Below, piece after piece: positions 42,008 to 50,867 of a DNA stretch of 64,000 nucleotides (its first letter is position 1; each line of letters opens with the position of its first letter). The position numbers and the translations under genes are program-made. This stretch comes from a bacterium (lineage in GTDB: Bacteria > UBA8248). The notes under the pieces were generated by a model. The model was not told the origin of the DNA. It ran no database searches and saw nothing but the letters and a program-made list of their open reading frames with translations. The stretch is taken from NCBI GenBank assembly GCA_965199855.1, contig OZ241326.1, forward strand, positions 1,088,001-1,152,000. Reading direction: 5' to 3'.

Positions 42008-43261
42008 ATGAGGATCGTCGAGGACGAACTGTCCAACGGGATTCGCGTGGTGACGGCCGAGCGCCCCGAATCAGCGGCCGTGGCGTTCCATATCTATTTC
42101 GGCTGCGGCGGCCGCCATGAGCGCGACGAGGTGGTGGGCGTGTCGCACGCGCTCGAGCACATGGTCTTCAAGGGGACGCCCTCCAGGACGACCCTCGACA
42201 TCGCGCGCGAGATGGAGGGAAACGGGGCGTCCGTCAACGCCAATACGGCGCCCGAGCGCACCTGCTATCACTTCACGGCGCCGGCCGACGCCTTCGCCGC
42301 CGTCCTGGAAGTCTATGCCGACGCGGTGAACAACTGCCTGCTCGACAAGGAGGAGTGGAGCAGGGAGCGCCGGGTCATCCTCGAGGAACTGAAGATGTAT
42401 GAGGACATGCCGCGCGTCTGGGTGTCGGACATGCTGGAGACCACCATCTACAACCTGCAGATGGGCGTTCTCGGAAACCGGGAGACCATCAACGCCATAG
42501 AGCCGGAGCACATGCGCGAGTTGACGGAAACGTGGTACGTCCCGGGCAACACCGTGATTTCCGTGGCGGGCGGCGTGAGGCGCGAGGAAGCGGTGGCGCT
42601 CTCCGAGCGATACTTCGGCGACCGCGCCGGAAGCGGCGAGAAGCCCGCCGCCCCCGCCCTGCCGGAGGAGAGCGCCGCCAAGGTCGCCGCCCAGGCGCGC
42701 CAGACGGATCAGGTGAATCTCGCCCTCGGCTTTCGCGCCTTCGGGCTGGATCGCGAGGACGGCGCCCCGCTCCGCGTGATGTGCGACATCCTGGGCGGGA
42801 AGATGAGCAGCAGGCTGTTCACCGAGGTGCGCGAGAAGCGCGGGCTGGCCTACAGCGTGGGCGCCGCGCCGCATCGCCACACCGATGCGGGCATGGTCGA
42901 GATGAAGGCGGGCGTGGCGCTCGAGAAGGCGGTGGAGGCGACCGAGGTGATGCTCTCCGAGACGGGAAGGTTCAAGACCGAGCCGGTGACGAACCAGGAA
43001 CTGGAGGAAGCGAAGCGCCACATCAAGGGAGGCCTCCAGATACACGAGAGCTCGCAGTATCACGCGGGTCGAAACGGCTCGAACCTCATGCTCCGGGGCA
43101 GGATTTATCCCGTGGAGGAGGAGTTGGCGGACATCGACGCCGTGCGCGCGGAGGACATCCTGCGCGTGGCCGAGGAGGTTTTCCAGGAAGAGCGGCTGAC
43201 GGGCGCGGTGATAGCGGAGAAGGACCTGGGGGCGGAAATCGAGGCGGCGCTCAGAATCTGA
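42008..43261 (+). CDS. M16 (pitrilysin) family zinc peptidase
   Basis: HALEHMVFKGT (HxxEH) and SSRLFTEVREKRGLAYSV; start reset past the tRNA. Confidence 0.93.
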   Translation: MRIVEDELSNGIRVVTAERPESAAVAFHIYFGCGGRHERDEVVGVSHALEHMVFKGTPSRTTLDIAREMEGNGASVNANTAPERTCYHFTAPADAFAAVLEVYADAVNNCLLDKEEWSRERRVILEELKMYEDMPRVWVSDMLETTIYNLQMGVLGNRETINAIEPEHMRELTETWYVPGNTVISVAGGVRREEAVALSERYFGDRAGSGEKPAAPALPEESAAKVAAQARQTDQVNLALGFRAFGLDREDGAPLRVMCDILGGKMSSRLFTEVREKRGLAYSVGAAPHRHTDAGMVEMKAGVALEKAVEATEVMLSETGRFKTEPVTNQELEEAKRHIKGGLQIHESSQYHAGRNGSNLMLRGRIYPVEEELADIDAVRAEDILRVAEEVFQEERLTGAVIAEKDLGAEIEAALRI

Positions 43262-43292
43262 CGCGAGGCGGGCGGGGGAAGCCCCCGGGAGC

Positions 43293-44213
43293 TTATCGAG
43301 ATCGAGCGGGTTCGGGCGTCGGACTTCTCATCAGAATGACGATTCGCCGGTTTTTGGCGCGCTCCTCCCCGGTGTCGTTCCCGGCCGCCGGGCGGTGGAA
43401 GGAGTAGGCGGCCGCGGAGAGGCGCCTGGGGGAGACGCCTTTCGACTCCAGGAACTTGACGACGGCGATGGCGCGCGCGGCCGAGAGCTCCCAGTTCGTG
43501 GGGTAGCGGCGGGCGAGGCTTCTCCGAATCGGGCGATCGTCCGCGTGGCCTTCTATCTGAATCAGCTTGTCTTTTTCCTTCCGGAGAAATTCCGCGATCT
43601 TGGAGAGCGCGCCGGCGCCTTTTCGCCGGATGGCGGCGCTCCCGGAATCGAACAGCAGGCTGTTCACGATGTTCACGCGGAGCAGGCTCCTGGTTCGCCG
43701 CAGGGTGATGAGCTGCTCTTCCAGTTTTTCGTTCATCCGCGTCAGGTCCGCTTCCAGCTTCTGGGCGCGGCCGGCCTCCGCGCGCGCTTTCTCCTCCAGC
43801 TCGCTTCTGATGAGGTCGGTCGCGGAGGCCTTCTCCGCGATGAGCCGGCTCATCTCCTGAACCCGGGCTTCGAGAAGCGCCTTTTCGCTTTCGAGGCGCC
43901 GCACCTCCCCGTCCCGCCCGCTCGCGGCTTCCGGGCGTCGGTTCGCAGCGTCCGTCCGGCTCCTCCCCTGAACCTGAGGGGCCGCCTCGCTTCCCGCCTT
44001 TTCGGGGGGCGGCCCCCCGGCTTTTATTCGCCGCTGCCCGGCCTCGAGGCGGGCGACTTCCCGCCGCAACTTCGCGGAAGCCTCCTTTTCTTCCGAAAGC
44101 TCGATTTCGCGCTTTTGGAGCGCATCCCTCGCGGAGCCCATCTGCTGGGCGAAGTATCCCGTCCCGCCGAGAAGGGCGGCGGCAATCACCCCTATCGAGA
44201 CGCGAAGGCCCAA
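43293..44213 (-). CDS. OmpA/MotB family protein with coiled-coil stalk
   Basis: LLFDSGSA, IEGHADD, NWELSAARA and AKNRRI motifs; N-terminal TM segment. Confidence 0.88.
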   Translation of the reverse strand: MGLRVSIGVIAAALLGGTGYFAQQMGSARDALQKREIELSEEKEASAKLRREVARLEAGQRRIKAGGPPPEKAGSEAAPQVQGRSRTDAANRRPEAASGRDGEVRRLESEKALLEARVQEMSRLIAEKASATDLIRSELEEKARAEAGRAQKLEADLTRMNEKLEEQLITLRRTRSLLRVNIVNSLLFDSGSAAIRRKGAGALSKIAEFLRKEKDKLIQIEGHADDRPIRRSLARRYPTNWELSAARAIAVVKFLESKGVSPRRLSAAAYSFHRPAAGNDTGEERAKNRRIVILMRSPTPEPARSR

Positions 44214-44370
44214 GGTTGCGCTCCTTTCAGGGGCGACGAGCGGCGCCTCGTCCCTCCCCGCCTGCCCGGGCGCGGGTTCGGGAGAAATTCAGCGGCGGCG
44301 AGCCTGATGCGTCCCGGAGACGGGCGAGCCGGGGAGGGCCCCGGCTCTTTCCGAAGACGGAAGCCCCGCT

Positions 44371-45081
44371 TCAGTCGCGCGACGCGCCCAGCAGCTGCGT
44401 AAGATAAATGAACATCATGATGAAATCGAGATAGAGCTCGAGCGCCGCCATGATGGAGGCGCGCCTGCCCGTTTCGTTGTCCGTGTCCTGGGCGTAGGCG
44501 TATTCCTTCATCTTCTGGGTGTCGTAGGCCGTCAGTCCCGCGAAGATGAGAACGCCCAGGACGCTGATGGCGAAATGAACGGCGGAGCTGGCCATGAAGA
44601 CGTTGACGACGCTGGCGAGGATGACGCCGATGAGGCCCACCATGCAGAAATTGCCCACTCCGGAGAGGTCTTTTTTCGTCGTGAAGGCGAAAAGGGTCAA
44701 TCCGCCGAACGCGCCGCCGGTTACGAAGAACGCCTGGGCGACCGAGGTGAGCGTGTAGCGCAGGAGCAGGGTGGAGACGGTGACGCCCAGCGTCGCGCTG
44801 TAGAGCAGAAACAGGAGGGCGCCCGCCTGCCAGCCCTTGCTGCGCATGACCGGCCGGATGGAGAAGACCAGGGCGAGCTGGACGCCGATGACCAGGAACA
44901 CCGAGATGGAGCTCCCGAAGATGAACTGGATGGCGGCGGGAGAGGACGCGACGTAGAGCGCGCTGAAGCCCGTGACGAATAGCCCCAGCGTCATCCATCC
45001 ATAGACGCGCTGCATGAAGGCGGCGGCGTCCCGCGCGATGACGCGCTGTCCGGTGGAGCGGGTGAAGTCTTGAGAGCGCAT
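44371..45081 (-). CDS. Bax inhibitor-1/YccA family membrane protein
   Basis: FM..VYGWM..GL, TKKDLS, GLTAYDTQK and AL.LYLDFI motifs. Confidence 0.92.
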   Translation of the reverse strand: MRSQDFTRSTGQRVIARDAAAFMQRVYGWMTLGLFVTGFSALYVASSPAAIQFIFGSSISVFLVIGVQLALVFSIRPVMRSKGWQAGALLFLLYSATLGVTVSTLLLRYTLTSVAQAFFVTGGAFGGLTLFAFTTKKDLSGVGNFCMVGLIGVILASVVNVFMASSAVHFAISVLGVLIFAGLTAYDTQKMKEYAYAQDTDNETGRRASIMAALELYLDFIMMFIYLTQLLGASRD

Positions 45082-45278
45082 TTCAGAGTTCCTCCCGAAA
45101 AAAACCGATTGTCCGGCAGCCTGGCTGAGGCGGCGAAGCGCATTCTCGAAACCTTCGCGTCTGACGCCCCCTGCTCCCGGGCGCGTCAAACGTGATCGTC
45201 CAAGAGTATATCTCATTCGACGGGTGTTTTTGTAGCCCCCAAACGCAGTTTTCCGGAGGCGATGATGTATTCGGGGCG

Positions 45279-45307
45279 CGTCATTCCGGCGGGAGCCGGG
45301 AATCCAG
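45279..45307. repeat. REP-like palindrome (GTCATTCCGGC...GCCGGGAATCCAG)
   Basis: Reverse-complement relative of 40971-40996. Confidence 0.6.
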
Positions 45308-45422
45308 CGTTTTCCCGTCGGGTCCGGCTTGTTGCTTTCGCCCCGATGACGATGAGAAGCGGCAAACCCGTCAACGCGCGTCAAGCATGTTGGCGCCTTC
45401 CCGGATTATGGGGAGAGGCGCG

Positions 45423-45462
45423 TTGACCTGGATAATAAGGCGCCATACAATCAGGCTCCATA
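45423..45462 (+). promoter_or_regulatory. sigma70 promoter of marR with overlapping candidate operators
   Basis: TTGACC-17 bp-TACAAT (45423-45451); TAAGGCGCCATA 45436-45447 and TCAGGCTCCATA 45451-45462. Confidence 0.65.
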
Positions 45463-45481
45463 ACATTTTCGGAGCTTTCCG

Positions 45482-45997
45482 ATGTTCCACATGAAGGAGC
45501 TGCCCAGCGAGGAGGACTTCCGCACCCTCGCGCCGGAGTATTCCTCTCTGGATACTTCCTCCGTCATGCTGTTTTATCTTTTTCTGCGGGTCGGCAGCGA
45601 CATGCTCACCGCGTTCGAGACGTATCTGGCCGATCACGGCGTGTCGCAGGGCAGGTTCATCGTCCTGTTGCTGCTTCTGCGCTCGCAGGTGAGAAACAAC
45701 GGCTCGGGCCTCGGCCCCTCCGAGCTGGCCAGACAGGCGGGCGTTACGCGCGCGACGATGACGGGACTGATGGACGGCCTTCAGCGCGACGGCCTCATCG
45801 ATCGCCTCGACCATCGCGGCGACAGGAGAAAGGTCATCGCGCGCCTGACGCCGAAGGGCAGGGAGAGCCTGAACGCCATTTTTCCCGACTATTATTCGCG
45901 CATCGCGGAGTTGATGAACGACCTGGAGGACGAGGAGAGGGAAAAATTGTCCGCCCTTCTCCACAAGGTGAAGAACAAGGTGCATTCGTTGAAGTAG
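45482..45997 (+). CDS. MarR family transcriptional regulator
   Basis: PSELARQAGVTRATMTGLMDGL...DRR...LTPKG winged HTH. Confidence 0.92.
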   Translation: MFHMKELPSEEDFRTLAPEYSSLDTSSVMLFYLFLRVGSDMLTAFETYLADHGVSQGRFIVLLLLLRSQVRNNGSGLGPSELARQAGVTRATMTGLMDGLQRDGLIDRLDHRGDRRKVIARLTPKGRESLNAIFPDYYSRIAELMNDLEDEEREKLSALLHKVKNKVHSLK

Positions 45998-46086
45998 GCG
46001 CTCCGCGCCCGCGCTCGACGATGAAGCGTTTCTTTGCTCACAAGGTTCGACAGAGGAAATCCTCACCGGAGAAGGAGAACGCGGCG

Positions 46087-47331
46087 ATGCCGAAACCTAA
46101 GGTGATCATCCAGCTGTATCCCATGCTGCCGACGGAGAGCCGGGAGGAGCGCGAGCGGAAAAGACCCCTGGCCAGGGACAGGGATTTGTATCACCACGTG
46201 CTCCATGAATGGCTCGACATCGTGAAGGCGGCCGACGAGATGGGCGTGTGGGGCGTCAGCACCATCGAGCACCATCTGCACTCCGAGGGCTATGAGGTGG
46301 GCCCCAATCCCGGGGTTCTCAACGCCTGGTGGGCCGCGCAGATCAAGAACGCGCGCGTCGGCGCGCTCGGCTACGTCATGGCGACGCAGGATCCGGTTCG
46401 CGTGGCCGAGGAGACGGCCATTCTCGATCACATCACCAAGGGCAAGTTCTTCTGCGGCGTGGCGAGGGGGTATCAGTCCAGGTGGGCGAACGTCCTGGGG
46501 CAGTTCAGCGACACCCGGGCGACCGTCTCCTCGGATTTGGGCGGCGCCGACGACGTGAAGAACCGCGACATCTTCGAGGAGCGCGTCGAGATGCTTCTCA
46601 AATTCTGGCAGGAGGATTCGGTGGAGGTGAAGGGGGATTTCTACGAGATTCCCTATCCCTACGAGGAGGGCATCGACTACCCCGCCTGGAAGAGCGCGCG
46701 CGACGCCGGCGCCATCGGCGAGATCGGCGACGACAGCCGCGTGCGGAAGGTGAGCGTCGTTCCCAAGCCCTATCAGGAGCCGTATCCGCCCGTGTTCCAG
46801 GCCGTGAGCGCGAGCGCGGACTCCATCAGGTTCGCGGCGAGGCACGGGTTCCGGCCCGTCTATTTCACCAAGCTGGAGAAGATGGAGGAATTCTCCCATC
46901 TCTACGTGGAGGAAGGGGTCAGGGCGGGCCACAACTTCGCGCACGGGGAGCGGCAGTGCGTGTGCCGGTGGATTCACGTGTCGGACACCGAAGAAGAGTA
47001 TGACGAGAAGCTCAGGAGATACGATCAGGACATCTACCAGAATTTCTACGTCCCCTTCTTCCCCCAGTTCCCGGACGACACGGAAAGCATCGACTGGATT
47101 GCGAACATCAAGGAGAGCGGCATCTTCCTGGGAGGGCCGGTGGAGAGGCTCAAGCGCGAATGGGAGGAGACGTACGAAAAGGTGCCCTCCGAGTTCATCA
47201 CCCTGATCTGGCACTACGCGCAATGCCCCAAGGAGGAGGTCATCTACGAGCTGGAAACCTTCATGACGAAGGTGTGGCCCGACCTGGAATGCCCGGTGTC
47301 GAACGGCGTCACGGTCGGCGGCGTCGCCTGA
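46087..47331 (+). CDS. LLM-class (luciferase-like) flavin-dependent oxidoreductase
   Basis: EHH, DPVRVAEE.AILDH.TKG, GVARGY and PKPYQ.P.PP motifs. Confidence 0.9.
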   Translation: MPKPKVIIQLYPMLPTESREERERKRPLARDRDLYHHVLHEWLDIVKAADEMGVWGVSTIEHHLHSEGYEVGPNPGVLNAWWAAQIKNARVGALGYVMATQDPVRVAEETAILDHITKGKFFCGVARGYQSRWANVLGQFSDTRATVSSDLGGADDVKNRDIFEERVEMLLKFWQEDSVEVKGDFYEIPYPYEEGIDYPAWKSARDAGAIGEIGDDSRVRKVSVVPKPYQEPYPPVFQAVSASADSIRFAARHGFRPVYFTKLEKMEEFSHLYVEEGVRAGHNFAHGERQCVCRWIHVSDTEEEYDEKLRRYDQDIYQNFYVPFFPQFPDDTESIDWIANIKESGIFLGGPVERLKREWEETYEKVPSEFITLIWHYAQCPKEEVIYELETFMTKVWPDLECPVSNGVTVGGVA

Positions 47332-47398
47332 TTTTCTTGACGATGCGGCCCCCCGCGCGGCCGGCGGGGGCGTCGGGGTCGTTTTCAAGGAGAGAGCC

Positions 47399-48112
47399 AT
47401 GTATGAGATCATCGATCTGAGCCAGGAGATCTACACCGACGCGCCCAGGTTTCCGGGGCATCCGGCGACGAAGGTCGAATACGTCGCCAGGCACGAGGAC
47501 GCGGCGAACGCGCCCATCAAGCCCAAAGACATCACCTACGCGGCCATGATGCTCCACATGTGCGATCACGGGCCGACGCACACCGATTCGGTCAGCCATA
47601 TCGACGAGCGCGAAACGGCGCCGAACATCGATCAGGCGCCGCTGGAGTGGTTCATCACCCGGGCGGTGGCGCTGGACTTCACGGGCAAGGTCGAGCCGAT
47701 GGAGGAGATATCGCTGCGGCTGCTTCAGGATGAGCTTTCGGCGGCGAATCTGACGCCCCCCAGGGACGGGACGCTTCTTTTCACGGGCGGGCACTTCAAG
47801 CGCACCTATCCTGCGGACGACTACCTCACGACGTATCCGGGGCTGGGATACGAAGCCGCGAATTTTCTCTACCGAGAATGCGGCGTGGTGAACATCGGCC
47901 AGGACGCTCCCAGCATCGACGCGGGCGTGAACACCACGGAGCTCACGTTTCCCTGCCACGTGCTTTGCCGCGAACTCCAGCGCCACAACACCGAGAACCT
48001 GGCGAACATCGAGGCGGTGGCGGGCAGGGAATTTCTCTACGTGGGACTGCCCCTGAAAATCCGGCAGGGCACGGGGTCTCCCGTTCGCGCCGTCGCCGTG
48101 ATGAACCTGTGA
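47399..48112 (+). CDS. Cyclase family (kynurenine formamidase-like) metal hydrolase
   Basis: IIDLS, HGPTHTDSVSH, YPGL, ENL and PLKIRQGTGSPVRAVA motifs. Confidence 0.9.
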   Translation: MYEIIDLSQEIYTDAPRFPGHPATKVEYVARHEDAANAPIKPKDITYAAMMLHMCDHGPTHTDSVSHIDERETAPNIDQAPLEWFITRAVALDFTGKVEPMEEISLRLLQDELSAANLTPPRDGTLLFTGGHFKRTYPADDYLTTYPGLGYEAANFLYRECGVVNIGQDAPSIDAGVNTTELTFPCHVLCRELQRHNTENLANIEAVAGREFLYVGLPLKIRQGTGSPVRAVAVMNL

Positions 48113-48239
48113 GGCGAGGGGAAGGGCGGCCGCTTCCGTTTCCGGCGAGCGGGCGCGGGGCCGTTTTTCGGGCCGCTTTCCTTGTCCTCGCCTTGCCGCA
48201 ACGAAGGGGTTTTCTCGTTTCGTGAGGAGCTTTGCGGAT

Positions 48240-48590
48240 ATGTCGAAGATGGCGGACTGGTATTACCATCGCTCCGGCTGAAAGACCTGCGCCAAAACGC
48301 AAGCGTTTCTTGCGTCGAAGGGCATCGGGGTGTCCGATCAGGCGAACGCCAAAAAAGACGCCATTGATGAGGGCGGGGTCGATCCCGTTCTGCGGGGCGT
48401 AACGGATATCTATTCGACCAGGGGCAGGAAGGTGCTTCACCTGAGCATGAAAAAAGGAAAGCCCGCGCGCGAAGAGGCGCTGGCTCTCCTGCTGGGCCGT
48501 TCGGGCGCGCTCAGAGCGCCGGTTATCAGGCATCGAGGCGCTCTCATCGTCGGATTCGACGAGGAAACATACGCCCGGGTTTTCAAATGA
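48240..48590 (+). CDS. ArsC/Spx-like redoxin selenoprotein (Sec at 48279-48281)
   Basis: GAGGAG RBS, ATG 48240; reads MSKMADWYYHRSG-U-KTCAKTQAFL in frame into ORF 48330-48590 (LRAP...IVGF); SECIS-like hairpin 48297-48315. Confidence 0.85.
48297..48315 (+). promoter_or_regulatory. Candidate bacterial SECIS element
   Basis: Stem ACGCAAG/CTTGCGT, loop CGTTT starting 22 nt after the UGA. Confidence 0.65.
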
Positions 48591-48606
48591 GCGGCGTCTC
48601 GGCGGC

Positions 48607-50061
48607 TTAGAGGGCCAACTGGCCCCGGGTGGGCTCCGCTCAGCAGAACCAGGATTCGCTCAGCCGCGGCGGGCGAATCCGATCCGGCGAGAAGACGGCC
48701 TTCGGGTCCGCCTGATCGGGACGCTCCAGTATGTCGGCCGCCAGTCGGCGGACGTTCGCAAACGTAGCGGCGGCGTCCTCGCAGCGCGCGGCGGCGTCTT
48801 CCGCGAGAGCAAGCGCCTCCTCATGCAGTTTGTCCATCCTCTCGTCCGGATGCTCCCAGCGATGGATGAAGTTCTCCGCGTCGAGCTCCTTGAGGTATGG
48901 CGCCATGTGCGGAGAGTCGAGCAGGCGGGAGCCCGGCGGCACGAGAAGCCTGATGGCCATTTGAATGGGGTCCACCTCGTCGATCAAGGCGCGCTCTTCG
49001 ATGAAGTCCAGCAGATCGAAATAATCCTGCGGGCTCGTCCACGGCGTGAACGCGACGAGCGACGGCCTGATGGAAAGGCCCGCCTCCCGCGCCGCCCTCA
49101 CGACGCGGAACACGTCCTCTCTCGAGTGCCCCTTGGCCAGATGCCGAAGCGCGAGGTCGCTTAAAGACTCGACCGCGGTGATGAAGAACGCGCAGCCGCT
49201 TTCCCGGAACTGCGGCAGGAGCTCCTCGTGCCTGACGAGATGCTCCACCTTGGCCGTGAAGTCGAAAGTGAGGGAGGGGAACCGCTCCCGGAAGGCGCGC
49301 GTGAGCCGAACCGCGTGGGCCGGCCCGTTGAGGAAGTCCGGGTCGGCGAAACTGATGTGCCGCGCCCCCCGCGCGGCCAGATATTCAATATCCTCCAGCG
49401 CCTTCTCCTGCGGCACGACGAAGAAGCGGCCCTCATAGACCGGCGGAATCGGGCAGTGAAGACACAAATGCTTGCAGCCACGGCTCGCCTCGACGGCTCC
49501 GGCGGGATAGCGGCGGCCGTCCCTTATGAGGTGGGCGTATGTCTGAATCGCGGGCAGAGGCTCCCGCTCGGGCGTGAGCAGGGGAATTTTTTCAAGATAT
49601 GGGCCGGAAGTCCGCTCTCTCGTGGCCGCGCCCGGAACCTCGATGACGCCCGAGGCTCGGGACAACCCTTGGACGAGCTCGAGGAGCGGCCGCTCAAACT
49701 CCCCGCCGATGGCCGAATCCGCGCCGTTTTCGAGCAGATAGTCCTTGTTGAGCAGGCCGTAGAGGCCGTAGAAGCAGATGTGGCATTCGGGGTTCGTCTC
49801 GCGTATTCTCGCCGCCACCCCCACGCCGAGCCTGAGCGCCGTGTGCATCGGCACGCTGATGCCCGCGAATTTCGCTTTCGAGACTTTCGCCTCGGAGAAA
49901 TCCTCCGCCGCCACGTCCATCGCCCAAGGTTGAAAGCCCGCTTCGCGCAGGAAGGCCAGGGGCGAGGCGACGGCCAGCGGCTGGCGTCCCAGCTCGTAGC
50001 AGGAAACGAGAACGACGGCGCCGGGCGCCTTCCACCCGTTCGTGTTGCCGTTTCGGCTCAA
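48607..50061 (-). CDS. Radical SAM selenoprotein with B12-binding-like N-terminus and CUAEP tail (Sec at 48642-48640)
   Basis: CxxxCxxC motif (RGCKHLCLHC); reading through TGA gives SESWFC-U-AEPTRGQLAL then TAA 48609-48607. Confidence 0.88.
48611..48626 (-). promoter_or_regulatory. Candidate bacterial SECIS element
   Basis: Minus-strand stem GGGGCC/GGCCCT, loop AGTT starting 19 nt after the UGA. Confidence 0.65.
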
Positions 50062-50086
50062 GGCGAACCCTCTCGCTTCGCCAGGT

Positions 50087-50118
50087 AAAAAGCCCCGGGC
50101 GACATGAGCCCGGGGCTT
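50087..50118 (-). terminator. Rho-independent terminator after the IscA/HesB gene
   Basis: Minus strand GCCCCGGGC-TCATGTC-GCCCGGGGC followed by TTTTT. Confidence 0.75.
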
Positions 50119-50140
50119 GCGGTCTGCTGTCGGCTCCCGC

Positions 50141-50524
50141 TCACGTGGTGAAGGATTTGCCGCAGCCGCACATGCTCATCGCGTTCGGGTTGTTGATCTT
50201 GAAGCCCGAGCCTTGCAGGGTATCGACGAAATCGATCTCCGTTCCCGCGATGACGGGGTAGCTCCGGGGATCCACGAACACGTCGAAGCCCTCGGCGGAG
50301 AACACCTTGTCCTCCGGGTGGGCGGACTCCTCGAAATAAAGGCCGTAGTTGTAGCCCGAGCATCCGCCGGCCGTGACGGCCAGGCGAAGGCCGTGGCCGC
50401 TTTTCCCCTCCGCCGCCAGAATCTCGATCACCTTTTCATTGGCGGCCGAAGTCACGGAGAGGCCTTCAAGCGCCTGCGGCTTTTGCTGGGACTGGTCGAA
50501 CAGGGTGATCGTTGCATCCGGCAT
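50141..50524 (-). CDS. HesB/IscA/ErpA iron-sulfur cluster carrier
   Basis: GGCSG..Y and NPNA...CGCGKSF motifs. Confidence 0.95.
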   Translation of the reverse strand: MPDATITLFDQSQQKPQALEGLSVTSAANEKVIEILAAEGKSGHGLRLAVTAGGCSGYNYGLYFEESAHPEDKVFSAEGFDVFVDPRSYPVIAGTEIDFVDTLQGSGFKINNPNAMSMCGCGKSFTT

Positions 50525-50609
50525 GGGTCGCTTCTCCTCATGGCGATTGATTTCTGGTTTTCGCGCCTTCACGCGCGTCAGTGTTCTCACGTCTTGCTTC
50601 ACCTGATGA

Positions 50610-50637
50610 ATATTACCCTTTTTCGCGTCTTTTGCAA
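50610..50637 (-). promoter_or_regulatory. Candidate promoter of the IscA/HesB gene
   Basis: Minus strand TTGCAA-16 bp-TAATAT. Confidence 0.45.
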
Positions 50638-50837
50638 GGGCCGCAGCTTTCGGATCCTTGGAATCGGACGTTTACGGGGAAGCGAGGTTTTTCCGGGATT
50701 GCTCGGGCAAAAGGATTTCTCGATCACAGGTTCGCTTTTTTCTGCGTCTGATAGGGGACAAAGAGTTCGACAAGACGAAAGTGGTAGATTATATGCGTTA
50801 TGAAATAATAAAATTTGATAATAATACACTAAAATAC

Positions 50838-50867
50838 TTGACAATTTTGGCATCCGAACGCTATATT
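50838..50867 (+). promoter_or_regulatory. sigma70-like promoter of clpB
   Basis: TTGACA-18 bp-TATATT preceded by a very AT-rich UP-like tract (about 50785-50837). Confidence 0.7.
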
